Origin: Methanoregula sp.
GTDB lineage: Archaea; Halobacteriota; Methanomicrobia; Methanomicrobiales; Methanospirillaceae
Direction: 5' to 3'
NCBI RefSeq assembly: GCF_023227875.1
Contig: NZ_JALOCH010000013.1
Location: forward strand, 5,977-69,976
DNA: 64,000 nucleotides
The translations under genes and the position numbers were made by a program. How positions within the stretch are numbered: position 1 is the stretch's first letter; each line of letters starts with the position of its first letter. Below the pieces are notes generated by a model that ran no database searches, had not been told where the DNA came from, and saw only the letters and a list, made by a program, of their open reading frames with translations. This document shows positions 20,158-31,212 of this stretch, piece after piece.

Positions 20158-21938
20158 ACATTCGCATCTCCAGGATAATGCTGAGATTCATCTCTCAGGA
20201 AATCATGTTCCCCGTTGGTGTGTTCATGACAGCAGAGCCCGATCCGTGAACCTACCAGCCGTTTGGTATACTCATCAGACGGGGTGAGCATCACATCATG
20301 GGCATTGCCGGTCTCAACGATCTTCCCGTCGTTCAGGACGGCGATCCGGTCAGCAATCTTCAGGGTCAGTGTAAGGTCATGGGAGATGGAGATCATGGCA
20401 AAACCACGCCGGTTCTGAAGTCCCTTGAGAAGGCGCATCACGTTTGCTGCTGTTGAAACATCCAGTGCGGAGGTTATCTCATCTGCGATGAGCAGTTTTG
20501 GCTGCATAACCACGGCCCGGGCCAGGGCAACCCGCTGCCTCTGGCCCCCGCTCAACTCGCCACAGTACTTTTTTAGAAACATACCTGTTGAGGGGAGTCT
20601 CACCAGTTCGAGTGCTTCTCTTGCCATGTTCAGCCGCTCTTCCGGGCTGCCGATACGGTTGATGTCAAGCGGCTCCCTTACCGCATCGAGAACGGTGAAC
20701 CGGTTGCTGGTGGAGCTGAATGGATCCTGAAAAACGATCTGGACACCTTTGAAGTGGTCTCCCATGGTTCCTCCCTGTACGTTCCCGTTCATGAACCGTA
20801 CACTCCCCTTGTCAGGGTTGATAATCCCGGCAAGGATATGGGCCAGGGTGGACTTGCCGGAACCGGTCTGGCCGACAATCGATAAAACTTCTCCTTCATA
20901 GACCTCGATATTCACCCCATTCACAGCATGCAGTGCCTTCCCGTCAGGCAACTGGTAACTGAACCGGAGGTCTTCTGCTTTCAAGAGCATTGCAATCCCG
21001 CCACGGTGACATGCAATCTCGCGGCTTTCCCCACACGGCTGCAGGAGGGGGGGATTCTTCCTGCAGATATCGATAGATTGCGTGCAACGGGAGTTGAACG
21101 GGCAGCCTTTATGACGGTCACCAACAGGAGAGTCCCCCGGTATTCCCCACAGGTCCTTGTAAATAAAAATATCCGGCGTGGCATGAACCAGGCCCCGGGT
21201 GTACGGGTGGCGGGGCCCGTTGAGGATATCCCTCGTAAGCCCGGCCTCGACAACCCGCCCTGCATAGAGGACAAGTAGCCGGGATGCAAGAGAGGAGACG
21301 AACGTGATGTCGTGAGATATCACGATCATGCTGTACCCACGGGTCTTCTGCAGGTCGACAAGGAGATCGCGGATCTCCTTTCGTGTAAATGCATCGAGGG
21401 CGGAGGTCACTTCATCAAGAATGAGAAGCCGCGGATTGCAGGCAAGTGCCATGGCAAGCAATGCCCGCTGCCGCATGCCTCCGGAGAGCTGGTGGGGATA
21501 AACGTCCATCCAGGCTTCATCAAGGCCAACCAGTAAAAAGAGATCTGCACACCGTGCCCGTGCCTCATTCACAGAAACCATTCCATGACGGATCATCGGT
21601 TCGATAACCTGGTCTGCAATGGTCATCACCGGGTTCAGGACCTCAAGGCTGTTCTGGAACACGATGGCAATCTCTTTCCACCGGATTTTATCCAATTCAG
21701 TTTCCGGAAGCAGCGCAAGATCCGTTCCATCAAAGAAGACCGTACCGGAAACACTGGCGCTGTCCGCAAGAAGACGCATGATACTGATGGCAATAGTGGT
21801 TTTCCCACTGCCGGACTCTCCCACAATGCCGAGGATCTCGCCCGGCTCGATATTGAACGAGACTCCGTCAACGGCATTCACCGTATGGCCGTCGGTATGA
21901 TACTGGCATTTCAGGTCATTAACTGCAAGAAGTATCAT
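20154..21938 (-). CDS. Fused tandem DppD/DppF-type ABC ATP-binding protein
   Basis: Two ATPase domains (GESGSGKT/LSGGMRQR and GQTGSGKS/LSGGQRQR) joined by HPYT and a Cys linker. Confidence 0.93.
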   Translation of the reverse strand: MILLAVNDLKCQYHTDGHTVNAVDGVSFNIEPGEILGIVGESGSGKTTIAISIMRLLADSASVSGTVFFDGTDLALLPETELDKIRWKEIAIVFQNSLEVLNPVMTIADQVIEPMIRHGMVSVNEARARCADLFLLVGLDEAWMDVYPHQLSGGMRQRALLAMALACNPRLLILDEVTSALDAFTRKEIRDLLVDLQKTRGYSMIVISHDITFVSSLASRLLVLYAGRVVEAGLTRDILNGPRHPYTRGLVHATPDIFIYKDLWGIPGDSPVGDRHKGCPFNSRCTQSIDICRKNPPLLQPCGESREIACHRGGIAMLLKAEDLRFSYQLPDGKALHAVNGVNIEVYEGEVLSIVGQTGSGKSTLAHILAGIINPDKGSVRFMNGNVQGGTMGDHFKGVQIVFQDPFSSTSNRFTVLDAVREPLDINRIGSPEERLNMAREALELVRLPSTGMFLKKYCGELSGGQRQRVALARAVVMQPKLLIADEITSALDVSTAANVMRLLKGLQNRRGFAMISISHDLTLTLKIADRIAVLNDGKIVETGNAHDVMLTPSDEYTKRLVGSRIGLCCHEHTNGEHDFLRDESQHYPGDANV

Positions 21939-22861
21939 TATACCCCTCCATTCTTTCTGAGCCGGGGGTCCAGTACCTGTTCAAGGTCCCGGCCTATGAA
22001 CGCCAGACTGAGGACGAGAAAAACCAGCGCCACCAGCGGCGGAATGAGCCACCACTGCCAGAACGAGGTGAAGTATATTGCCTTGAAACTGGTTGCATAA
22101 TACAGCATCATTCCCCAGCTCTTCGAGGTCGGATCTCCCAACCCGAGGAATGCCAGCCCGGTCTCTGCCACGATTGCATATGAGGTGATGGAGATGATAA
22201 GGACAAAGAGGATAGGGAGCATTTCCGGCAGGATATGCCGCCGGAGGATATAGACTGGTGTGCCCCCGAAGTTTTTCGCTGCTATGATGTAGGTGTTGTC
22301 CCGTATAGCGAGAGTCTGGGATCGGGCAACCCGTGCCGGTTTTGCCCAGCTGAACAGGACAAGAACACAGATGACATTGAGAATGCTCGGGCCCATGAAC
22401 GCAGAGATGACGATGAGAAGGGGAAAACTGGGCAGGGCCATGAGGACATCGACGGTCCGCATCAGCAGCTGGTCTGTTGGCCCGCCAAGATACCCTGCCA
22501 GTATCCCGAGTGCTCCCCCGCCAAGCCCTGCAATACATGCAACTGAAAGACCGATGACAAGGCTCATCCGTGCACCATAACAAATCTGGGACCAGATATC
22601 CATGCCCAGTTCATCGGTACCGAGCAGGTGGGTAGGTCCCGGGGGCTCAAGAGAACTGCCCGTGATCTTATCCGGGAGATATACAGACAGGACCGGAGCA
22701 AAAAGAGCAACCATAAAAATCAGGATGACCCCGCACAACGCGATCTTGCCCTCTATACTGAACAGGGTGAATATGTATTTGGAACGGTCGATGTAATTCT
22801 GCAGGAATGATATGTCGAATGGCCGGTTTATTGGAAGAGATTCAGAATGCATCAGGATCAC
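21938..22861 (-). CDS. DppC-like ABC permease
   Basis: HLLGTDELGMDIWSQ, ILRRHILP, LAFLGLGDPTSKSWG. Confidence 0.92.
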   Translation of the reverse strand: MILMHSESLPINRPFDISFLQNYIDRSKYIFTLFSIEGKIALCGVILIFMVALFAPVLSVYLPDKITGSSLEPPGPTHLLGTDELGMDIWSQICYGARMSLVIGLSVACIAGLGGGALGILAGYLGGPTDQLLMRTVDVLMALPSFPLLIVISAFMGPSILNVICVLVLFSWAKPARVARSQTLAIRDNTYIIAAKNFGGTPVYILRRHILPEMLPILFVLIISITSYAIVAETGLAFLGLGDPTSKSWGMMLYYATSFKAIYFTSFWQWWLIPPLVALVFLVLSLAFIGRDLEQVLDPRLRKNGGV

Positions 22862-23848
22862 CTACTCCGTCACCCGAGGATCCAGTTGCCGGTAGACCCG
22901 GTCAACAACCAGATTACAAAGAAGGATCGCTACTGCGACAATGAGCAGTATTCCCTGTATCAGCGCATAATCCCGGTTGACTACCGCACTTCTCAGGGTC
23001 AACCCGATCCCGGGGTAGCTGAAGACGGTCTCGACCAGCACAGCCCCGCCCATCATCAACCCGATCATAAAGCCGGTCCGCGTCACTACCGGGAGCAATG
23101 CATTCCGGAGTGCGTGACGTGTCCAGACCGTTTTCTCCCCGATACCTTTGGCAACTGCGGTGCGTATGTAGTCCTTTGTTGAGACCGTGATCAGGGTGTT
23201 ACGCGTCAGCAGGTAAACGCCAGTGAGTTGGGCAAGGGAGAGGGTAATAATGGGGAGAAATGCATGGTGTGCAATATCCCATACCTGATCCAGCAGACTG
23301 GTGTAGTGTGCAAACGGTGTGATGGCACCTGCTAGCGGGAAGAGTCTGAACTGTACGGAGAAGATGAGAAGGAGGATGATTCCCAGAAGGAAGGACGGGA
23401 TCTCGGCAAACGCGATCAGGCCCGCCATCATGAACCGGTCCGATCCCTTCTTCCGGTTCCGGGCGGAGATCGTCCCGATGATGATGCCGATAATTGTACT
23501 CATGGCGGTTGCGCTGAGGACAATGAGGATTGTCCACGGGAGGTGGAGGAGGATAACACGGGTTACGGGTAATTTATAATAAATACTCTGCCCAAAATCG
23601 CCTTTAGCCATGTTTGCCAGATACAGGAAGAACTGTTCATGGAGCGGGAGGTCCATGCCATAGTAATGGATGAAGTACTGGCGTTGCTCCTCCGTCATTA
23701 TAATAACATCTTCACCTTCGATATCTGATGACAACGTCGAGAACGGGTCGCCGGGCATCATCCTCGGCAAGAAAAAGTTGATGGCCAGTATTACGAGTAA
23801 CGTTATTACGAACCGGTAAATGAGCGTATTCCTGTCGTTCCCGTTCAT
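22862..23848 (-). CDS. DppB-like ABC permease
   Basis: PRMMPGDP, YIRTAVAKG..HALRNALLP, RDYALIQG. Confidence 0.92.
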   Translation of the reverse strand: MNGNDRNTLIYRFVITLLVILAINFFLPRMMPGDPFSTLSSDIEGEDVIIMTEEQRQYFIHYYGMDLPLHEQFFLYLANMAKGDFGQSIYYKLPVTRVILLHLPWTILIVLSATAMSTIIGIIIGTISARNRKKGSDRFMMAGLIAFAEIPSFLLGIILLLIFSVQFRLFPLAGAITPFAHYTSLLDQVWDIAHHAFLPIITLSLAQLTGVYLLTRNTLITVSTKDYIRTAVAKGIGEKTVWTRHALRNALLPVVTRTGFMIGLMMGGAVLVETVFSYPGIGLTLRSAVVNRDYALIQGILLIVAVAILLCNLVVDRVYRQLDPRVTE

Positions 23849-24699
23849 CTGCGATTAACCGTCCAGACCATCATGCCAATATGACCGTTTGTAACGGAGG
23901 GGTAAATCCCATCGTGAGACGCGGCCCGGTAATACTCACGGATCCACTCTTTTACGGGATTGTCAAACTCACGTCCACGGGCCATAAAATCGATCGCCCT
24001 CTCTGCTGCCGCCTCCCAAGGTTCATCCTCTTTCCATACCGTCTGGCTGAAGCGGGTGAGAGGGGTATGACCCTGTGAATACAGGTACATAAACGGGTAG
24101 AGCATGCTTGTGACCCGGTTGTTGAAGTCCTCGTGAAGAACGTACCGGCTGATATCGGTGTACGCCTTGTCCCATTCCCGTCTGACAAAACCGCTGTAAT
24201 AACAGAACTTCTTCGAGCAGGCGGTCATCCGGTCGAAGCATTCCCGGTCCCGGATACCAGGTGTCATAGATGCGATCACGAGGTCGAATTGATCACGGAA
24301 ATCCATCTGGTCGATATCCGCCGTCCACCAGGAGCATTCAACCGGGGTGAGGACCAACTCCTCGTTTCTGGCAGCGCCCCTCAGCTGGTCGAGCATACCC
24401 GGTGCAATATCCAGTGCAGTAACGTTTGCACCTGCCCGTGCAAGCGGGAGGGAGAGGGTCCCCGGGCCGCACCCGATATCGAGCACATGTGCTCCGGCCG
24501 GTGAGAAACCGGCATCGTTCAAGAGAGCGAGTGCATCAGCAACCCGCTTTTCCCCATTGTCCCGGGACATGTTCTGCGAATACATGGCAGACCGTTTGCT
24601 CCAGAAGGAGGCGAGCCATGTATCAGACACCGCACTATCCTGACGCGATACTGCATCCCAGCAGTCCGCCCAGCACTGTACATTAGCGTTTTGCTGCAA
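23845..24699 (-). CDS. Class I SAM-dependent methyltransferase
   Basis: VLDIGCGPGTLSLPLA, ALDIAPGML, FDLVIASMTP; paralog of 18459-19331. Confidence 0.88.
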   Translation of the reverse strand: MQQNANVQCWADCWDAVSRQDSAVSDTWLASFWSKRSAMYSQNMSRDNGEKRVADALALLNDAGFSPAGAHVLDIGCGPGTLSLPLARAGANVTALDIAPGMLDQLRGAARNEELVLTPVECSWWTADIDQMDFRDQFDLVIASMTPGIRDRECFDRMTACSKKFCYYSGFVRREWDKAYTDISRYVLHEDFNNRVTSMLYPFMYLYSQGHTPLTRFSQTVWKEDEPWEAAAERAIDFMARGREFDNPVKEWIREYYRAASHDGIYPSVTNGHIGMMVWTVNRR

Positions 24700-26350
24700 T
24701 ACCTTCCCTCACGAGATAGGTCAGCTTGCTGTGTACCCGTGCGTGATGGTCGTACATATTCATCCACCCATCATACTTCGATACAGTCCAGACATCCCAT
24801 GTCTTTGTGTAGAAGAGCGGGATGGTCGGTATATCCTCGGCAAGGACATTCTGCATCTCAAAGACGATCTGCTTTCTCTTCGCGTCGTCCAGTTCCTGGA
24901 CCTCGCTCGCGGCAAGGGTATTGAACGTGTCATTGTGGTATCCGATGACAGATGCCTCCCCGGATACTGTGCTGGCACCGGCTTGTGTTGCGTCATCGCT
25001 GTATCGTGTTCGCAGGTAATCCGCATCCTGACCCCAGCCACCGAACCCGCTGACCAGCAGTTCAAAGTCACCTTTCTTTAAGTTGGTATCCCGGGCCTTG
25101 CTCTCGAGGGCCTTGACCTGGATGTCAATACCGGCTTCCTTGAGCCGCTCCTTGATGAGTTCCCCAATCCTGACTTCAGTACTGGCCAGACTGAGCGTGA
25201 AAGCCAGTTTCTTTCCATCCTTGTCGCGGATACCGTCACCATCGGTGTCCTTCCACCCCGCCTGGTCAAGCAGTGCCTGTGCTTTTATCAGATCGGTTAC
25301 ATATGCGGGCTGGTCAGCATTGTACCAGATGTGGTCATTGGGGAGGATTCCCAGATTGCCCGGGGCACCCGCACCCCGCTGGATCTTCTCTACCATCTCG
25401 CTTCGGTTAATTGCATAGGCAAATGCCTGCCTGACCTTTACATCTTGGAGTTCCGGGTTCTTCTTCATGTTAAAGTAGAACTGATATCCCCAGAACGCGG
25501 GCTGCTGGACGAGTCGGTACTGAGAATTATTCAGGTACTTGCTGAGTATATCCGGTGTGATACTGGAAAAATCGATCTCGCCCTGATCAAAAGCGATCAG
25601 TTCGTTGCTGACCGGGATGAATTCGACGGTCTTGATTGCCACCCGTGGTCCCCAGAATCCTTCGTTTGCAACATAGCGATATGACCCGTGCTCCTTGTTG
25701 TACTCGGCCAGCGTGTAAGGCCCGGTGCCGGTGACAGCTTCTTTGTCAAGGAATTTTACCGGGTCCTCAACCTTGCTATAGATGTGTTCCGGAATGATCT
25801 TGAAACTGGAGATCTTGTACAGGAACGACGAAACCGGGGTTTTCAGGATGAATTTCACTGTATTGTCATCAATGACCTGGACGCTGTCAATGAGTTCTGT
25901 CTCAATCCCGCCGGAGATAGGGATATATTTCCGCTCATAGTCTGTCGTGAACTTCACATCGTTTGCCGTGAAGGAGACACCATCCTGCCACTTGACATTC
26001 TTGCGAAGGTGGAACGTGTACTCCTTGCCGTCAGCGCTGATCTCCCAGCTCTCGGCAAGCCAGGGAATAATCCCTTTCTCATCCCTCTCGAGCAGACTGT
26101 CGAAGATCATCGTTACCTTGGATGAACCCGGGCCCCGGGGGGAGATCGAGAATGGCTGGGGGTACCCGTAGTCCCCACCGGTCAGGTGGACAATATCCGC
26201 CTGGGTCACTCCTGTGCCCGTGCCGGATGGCACTGCGGATCCTGTGCCGGACGATGCTGTCGGAGTACTGTTCTGTGAAACGCATCCGGCCAACAGTACG
26301 GTCAGGCAAATGAGTGTAATTACAATAGCACATATACCACTTTTTTTCAT
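24683..26350 (-). CDS. SBP family 5 peptide/nickel-binding lipoprotein
   Basis: MKKSG..LLAGC lipobox, PWLAESWEISADGKEYTFHLRKNVKWQDG, GTGPY; His-rich end MYDHHARVHSKL. Confidence 0.92.
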   Translation of the reverse strand: MKKSGICAIVITLICLTVLLAGCVSQNSTPTASSGTGSAVPSGTGTGVTQADIVHLTGGDYGYPQPFSISPRGPGSSKVTMIFDSLLERDEKGIIPWLAESWEISADGKEYTFHLRKNVKWQDGVSFTANDVKFTTDYERKYIPISGGIETELIDSVQVIDDNTVKFILKTPVSSFLYKISSFKIIPEHIYSKVEDPVKFLDKEAVTGTGPYTLAEYNKEHGSYRYVANEGFWGPRVAIKTVEFIPVSNELIAFDQGEIDFSSITPDILSKYLNNSQYRLVQQPAFWGYQFYFNMKKNPELQDVKVRQAFAYAINRSEMVEKIQRGAGAPGNLGILPNDHIWYNADQPAYVTDLIKAQALLDQAGWKDTDGDGIRDKDGKKLAFTLSLASTEVRIGELIKERLKEAGIDIQVKALESKARDTNLKKGDFELLVSGFGGWGQDADYLRTRYSDDATQAGASTVSGEASVIGYHNDTFNTLAASEVQELDDAKRKQIVFEMQNVLAEDIPTIPLFYTKTWDVWTVSKYDGWMNMYDHHARVHSKLTYLVREGIAAKR

Positions 26351-26835
26351 AAACATCACTCTGGTAATCATACACTTTTTGTTCAACGGCTCTCTCCTTT
26401 TCACCTGCCGTGTGAATAATCCCGAAATACGAGATGCAGACAAAACCACTATCCTGTACCCAGGCACAGGACCCAGTTACTGATAACGGAGTACCGGGGG
26501 CCTTTATCGTCTAACCCGTCATATATATTGTCAGGAAGAAACCATGCACAGTTTCTTACATTTTTCATTAAAGTTATTACGAAATAAATCTGTTGAAACT
26601 AATTTATTGCATAATTAACACAGATGTTCTATTTTGTATTTATATCAAAACAAAGAATATTCTGGCTCCAAACTGATGATAAAAGTGGATACCTGAATTT
26701 TCAAGAAGATTGTTGAAAACATAACAAAACCGATGATGCAGAGGTAATCCATCACTCTGTAATCCGGTGAGATCTACAGCCATCTCCCTTCAGAAACCGG
26801 GCCATGCCAGTACCCTCCCGGCGACAAGATCCTGC

Positions 26836-27579
26836 TTATCTCCCGCTCAGCAGGTTATGCTGCTGGATGACCTTGGCACCCGTTGCAAAGATAAGAATCA
26901 CAATAATAAGGACTGCTGAATCCAGGACCGGTGAATAGACCCCGTCACCGGTAATTGCCGTATGGAACAGGTCGACGAGATACGTGAGGGGCGACAACAG
27001 GTTCGTCCACGCCCAGTCTCCCAGCTGGCTGAGCGGGATGAAGATGCCGCTCACAAATATTAGCGGGAGCCGAACCAGGTTGGAGAACATCATGATATTG
27101 GAAGGGGTGTTCGTGGCCGGGGAAGAGAGCAGGGTACCGAGCGAGGCAAACGCAAGCGAACCGAGGAAGAGGGCTGCGAGGAGTACCGCAGGGTTTGTAA
27201 GGGGCAGGTGCAGGAGAGATGAGCCCACCATCCAGACAAGGGAAGTAATGACAAAACCAAACACGGCTCCTGAAAGAATATCTCCAAGAACGATACTTTC
27301 GATAACCACCGGCAGGGAGACGAGCCGCTCGTAGGTCTTCTCCCGTTTTTCCCACGGGGTGATAAGGGGGCCGGTTGAAGATGATGAAAAAAAGAGCATC
27401 ATGCCAAGGAATCCGGGAAAGAACTGGATAAGATCAAGATTCCGCCCGATGAAGAATGTGAGGAACATGATAAACGGGAAGAGGAGGCCGAAGATCACGA
27501 CTGACCCCTTGTAATAATAGATCCGCATATTCTTCTCAGTGACCATCAGGACGCTCCAGATAAAACGCCTGGGATCCAT
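26836..27579 (-). CDS. ABC-2 type permease
   Basis: Six TM segments, EKREKTYERLVSLP, IFVSGIFIP, SPLTYLVD. Confidence 0.88.
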   Translation of the reverse strand: MDPRRFIWSVLMVTEKNMRIYYYKGSVVIFGLLFPFIMFLTFFIGRNLDLIQFFPGFLGMMLFFSSSSTGPLITPWEKREKTYERLVSLPVVIESIVLGDILSGAVFGFVITSLVWMVGSSLLHLPLTNPAVLLAALFLGSLAFASLGTLLSSPATNTPSNIMMFSNLVRLPLIFVSGIFIPLSQLGDWAWTNLLSPLTYLVDLFHTAITGDGVYSPVLDSAVLIIVILIFATGAKVIQQHNLLSGR

Positions 27580-28496
27580 CAGGCTCCCTCCGTCATTTCA
27601 ATGAATGCCTGCTCAAGAGATGGTGTCGATGTTGCAACCGAGACGATCTTCAGGTGGTTCTGTTCAGCAATTTTCACAAGGTCCTTGACTGCACGATCCG
27701 CATCGTCCGTGTACACCCGCCACTTATCCCCCATAGGTTCAACACGCGAGATCCCCCCGGTCATAAGTGTCCTGCCCATGATTTTCTGCTCAAATGCGAT
27801 CTCAACAAAACCGGAGGTATCATACTGTTTCCTGATCTTCTCCGGACTGTCCGTTGCAATAAGTATCCCTTTGTGGATAATGCTGATGGCAGAGCAGAGG
27901 GCACTTGCCTCTTCGATATTATGAGTCGTAATGAGGACCGTGCTGCCTTCCCTGTTCATATGCCGCACGGTGTCGATCACAAGCCGCCTGCTGATAACAT
28001 CGAGGCCGGTTGTCGGTTCGTCAAGGAAGAGGACCGGGGGGGAATGTACGATGGCGCAGGCAATGCTTATCCGTTGTCGCATTCCTTTGGAAAAGGTCCT
28101 GACAAGGTCGTCCTTCCGGCTTTCCAGACCCAGGCGAATCAATATTTCACGGGCATTTTCTTCCCGGGAGACCCGGTCCATCCCGTAACATTTTGCCGTC
28201 CAGAGAATGTTTTTTTCCGCGGTGAGATCGGCATAGACGGTACCGTTCTCCGGAATGACCCCCATATGCCTCTTAGCCTCAAGGGGATCCTGCTGGATAT
28301 CAATGCCACAGATACGTGCGGTCCCGGAATCCGGGATAAGGACGCCGGTCAGCATCCGGATGGTTGTAGTTTTCCCCGCACCGTTCTGTCCCAGAAAGCC
28401 GAAAATCTCTCCTTTTTTCACGGTGATACTGACATCGTTGACTGCAGGGACCGGCCCAAAAGACTTGTAAAGATTGTGCGCTTCAATTACATCCAT
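27579..28496 (-). CDS. ABC-2 exporter ATP-binding protein
   Basis: GQNGAGKTT, FSKGMRQR, DEPTTGLD, TTHNIEEA. Confidence 0.92.
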   Translation of the reverse strand: MDVIEAHNLYKSFGPVPAVNDVSITVKKGEIFGFLGQNGAGKTTTIRMLTGVLIPDSGTARICGIDIQQDPLEAKRHMGVIPENGTVYADLTAEKNILWTAKCYGMDRVSREENAREILIRLGLESRKDDLVRTFSKGMRQRISIACAIVHSPPVLFLDEPTTGLDVISRRLVIDTVRHMNREGSTVLITTHNIEEASALCSAISIIHKGILIATDSPEKIRKQYDTSGFVEIAFEQKIMGRTLMTGGISRVEPMGDKWRVYTDDADRAVKDLVKIAEQNHLKIVSVATSTPSLEQAFIEMTEGA

Positions 28497-28646
28497 GATT
28501 ACCGACTCTCACTCTGACCCCCATTGGTAAGAAACAAACGACAGCCGGAGACTGTGTTTATGTATTCCACCCTCTTACCCCCGTTAAAGAATATCCGGGA
28601 TATCTGAGGAAGCGCCGGTCAACCTGCCCTTCCTGCCCCCGGAGTG

Positions 28647-29384
28647 TTAAGACGGCACTTCCGATGTATATTTCGCTTTAACATGGTCAATGAACGTGGA
28701 CCTGTCATACATGACACCTTTTCCCTGCTCAATCCAGAGTACCTTGTCACACATAACACCCATCACATCCGGATCATGCGAGATGAAGACATAGGATACA
28801 CCGGTCTCCGCCTGGAGATCCTGCATCAGCCGGAGGACCTGAGCCTGTACAGATACATCAAGCATTGAGGTCGGCTCATCGGCCACCACGAGTTTTGGCT
28901 TGAGTGAGAAGATCCGGGAAAGTACGGCCCGCTGGACCTCGCCACCCGAGAGCTGGTGGGGATACCGTGCGAGGTGTTCATCCCTCAGCCCGACCCGCCG
29001 GATGAGCAGGCCGATCTCCCTGAGCGCTTCATCCATACCAATACCCTTGTGGACCATGAGCGGCTCGGCAACACTCTCTGCAAGGGTCATACGGGGGTTG
29101 AGGGAGACCTCCGGGTGCTGGAAGATCATCTGGAAGGACGGGCGGAGTTCCCGCAGTTTTCCTTTCCTCATGCGTGCGAGTTCCATTCCCTGCATTGTGA
29201 TATGGCCGGAACTGGGATCTTCAAGGCGCATGATACACCGCCCGAGCGTGGACTTGCCCGACCCACTCTGCCCGAAGAGCCCCACGGTCTTCCCGCTTCC
29301 GACTTCAAACGAGATCCCGGAGAAGATGTCGCCGTGGCCATATGACTTTGAGAGCCCGGTCAGCTGGAGAACGGGTGATGACAC
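28647..29384 (-). CDS. DppF/NikE-like ABC ATP-binding protein (short)
   Basis: GQSGSGKST, LSGGEVQR, DEPTSMLDVSVQAQ. Confidence 0.92.
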   Translation of the reverse strand: MSSPVLQLTGLSKSYGHGDIFSGISFEVGSGKTVGLFGQSGSGKSTLGRCIMRLEDPSSGHITMQGMELARMRKGKLRELRPSFQMIFQHPEVSLNPRMTLAESVAEPLMVHKGIGMDEALREIGLLIRRVGLRDEHLARYPHQLSGGEVQRAVLSRIFSLKPKLVVADEPTSMLDVSVQAQVLRLMQDLQAETGVSYVFISHDPDVMGVMCDKVLWIEQGKGVMYDRSTFIDHVKAKYTSEVPS

Positions 29385-30304
29385 CGGACACCTCCGTTCA
29401 GGGATTCCTGTATAAGATCCGGATGTTCCTTACTGCATCTTTCAGAGTGGCAGGAACACCGGTCCGCAAAGCAACACCCCTCGGGAATTGCCATCAGGCT
29501 GGGGCTCTGACCGTCAAGCGGGACGAGCCCGTTCTTCGGCATGGCCCTGATCAGTGCCTGTGTGTAGGGATGGCGGGGTGTATTGAAGATCTGCCCGGCG
29601 GGCCCAATCTCGACAATCTCCCCTGCGTAAAGGACCGCGATCCAGTCGCAGAGATGTTCAGCAAGATAGAGGTCGTGCGTGATTAGAAGAAGGGATGCGT
29701 TATCCCGTTTTTTAATCTCCGACAATACCCGGGCCGTGGTTTCCCGTGCGTGGAAGTCCAGCCCCTTGGTGGGTTCATCGGCAATAATAAGGCGGGAATT
29801 TTCTGCGATCGCAATGCTTGTCGTGAGCCTCTGCCGCATCCCGCCGGATAGTTCGTGGGGGTACTCCTTTGCAATCTGCTCGGAAGGGATAAGTCCTACC
29901 GTGACAAGCAGGTCGCAGGCTTTCTCCCATGCCGTATTTTTTGCCGTGCCCCGTTCAATAAAGATCTCGCCAATCTGCATACCGTTCCGGAGCAGCGGGT
30001 CAAGGGAGCCGGAGGGATTCTGCGGAACAAGGGAGATCGATCGTCCCCGGAGCGCATGCATGGCATCATCCTTGAGCGTTGTGAGTTCCTGCCCGTTAAA
30101 AGCGATCGTCCCGGTAATATTGGCATTTGAGGGAAGCAGCCGTATTATTGCCTGTCCTATCACGGACTTTCCCGAACCGGTCTCCCCGACAAGTCCTAAT
30201 ACCTCACCGGATTCCATGGAGAACGACACATCACGTGAGGCATGTACGGTACCTTCCCCGGTCGGGAAGCGGACATTGAGGTCATGGATAGAGAGGAGCG
30301 TCAT
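29360..30304 (-). CDS. DppD/NikD-like ABC ATP-binding protein
   Basis: GETGSGKS, LSGGMRQR, DEPTKGLD, HPYTQAL and Cys tail. Confidence 0.93.
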   Translation of the reverse strand: MTLLSIHDLNVRFPTGEGTVHASRDVSFSMESGEVLGLVGETGSGKSVIGQAIIRLLPSNANITGTIAFNGQELTTLKDDAMHALRGRSISLVPQNPSGSLDPLLRNGMQIGEIFIERGTAKNTAWEKACDLLVTVGLIPSEQIAKEYPHELSGGMRQRLTTSIAIAENSRLIIADEPTKGLDFHARETTARVLSEIKKRDNASLLLITHDLYLAEHLCDWIAVLYAGEIVEIGPAGQIFNTPRHPYTQALIRAMPKNGLVPLDGQSPSLMAIPEGCCFADRCSCHSERCSKEHPDLIQESLNGGVRCHHPFSS

Positions 30305-31212
30305 CCGATATTCACCTGATCATTATGGACATCAAGAATGTCCCGCAGGCCTTCGCCGAGGAAGTTAAAGATCAGGACAACAAATGTGATGGCAAGTCCT
30401 GGGACAATGACATTCAGCGGTGCGGTGCGCAGGAATTCCTTCCCTGCCCCGATCATGGACCCCCACTCCGGTATGCCCGGGGGGATGCCGAGACCAAGGA
30501 AACTCAGGCCGGCAACAGAGAGGATGACATGACCGATATCAAGCGTTGCAAGGATCAACACCGGCATTATTGCATTCGGGAAAAGGTGTCGGATCATGAT
30601 ACGGCGGTCCGGCAAACCGGCAGTATAGGCGCTCTGGACATACTCCAGATTTTTTATCGAAATTACTTGTCCGCGCATCAGACGTGCATAAATGGCCCAT
30701 TGGGAAAGGGTGATCGCGATGATCAAATTCAGTATCCCGGCGCCCATGAATGCCAGCAGGGCAAGGGCAAAGATAATGCCGGGAAACGCAAGGAGGAGAT
30801 CAACGCAGCGGGAGAGGACTTCATCAACTACTCCCCCATAATATCCCGCAACACAGCCGACAACACATCCGAAGACAAGGGCAACAGCCACCGAGATAGA
30901 TGCAATCAGCAGGGAGGTCTGGGCGCCGCATATGGTAAGACTGAAGAGATCCCGTCCCAGGAAGTCGGTGCCGAAGAGATGGGCAGATGAGATCCCCTGA
31001 TTCTTATCCTTGACGGAAATCGCCTCAGGATCATAGGGGGAAATATACGGTGCAAAGATTGCCACAATGACAAGAATCCCCAGAAGTAACAGGCATACCT
31101 GAAAGCCAGGACGTTTCGCTATTTCCCGATACAACCGGTTTTTAGAACTATCGATGGATTTTACTGGTAACATCCGCCGGGTTTCAGGACTGATAATTAT
31201 TTCTTCACTCAT
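30301..31212 (-). CDS. NikC/DppC-like ABC permease
   Basis: HLFGTDFLGRD, RHLFPN, LSFLGLG..PEWGSMI. Confidence 0.92.
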   Translation of the reverse strand: MSEEIIISPETRRMLPVKSIDSSKNRLYREIAKRPGFQVCLLLLGILVIVAIFAPYISPYDPEAISVKDKNQGISSAHLFGTDFLGRDLFSLTICGAQTSLLIASISVAVALVFGCVVGCVAGYYGGVVDEVLSRCVDLLLAFPGIIFALALLAFMGAGILNLIIAITLSQWAIYARLMRGQVISIKNLEYVQSAYTAGLPDRRIMIRHLFPNAIMPVLILATLDIGHVILSVAGLSFLGLGIPPGIPEWGSMIGAGKEFLRTAPLNVIVPGLAITFVVLIFNFLGEGLRDILDVHNDQVNIG

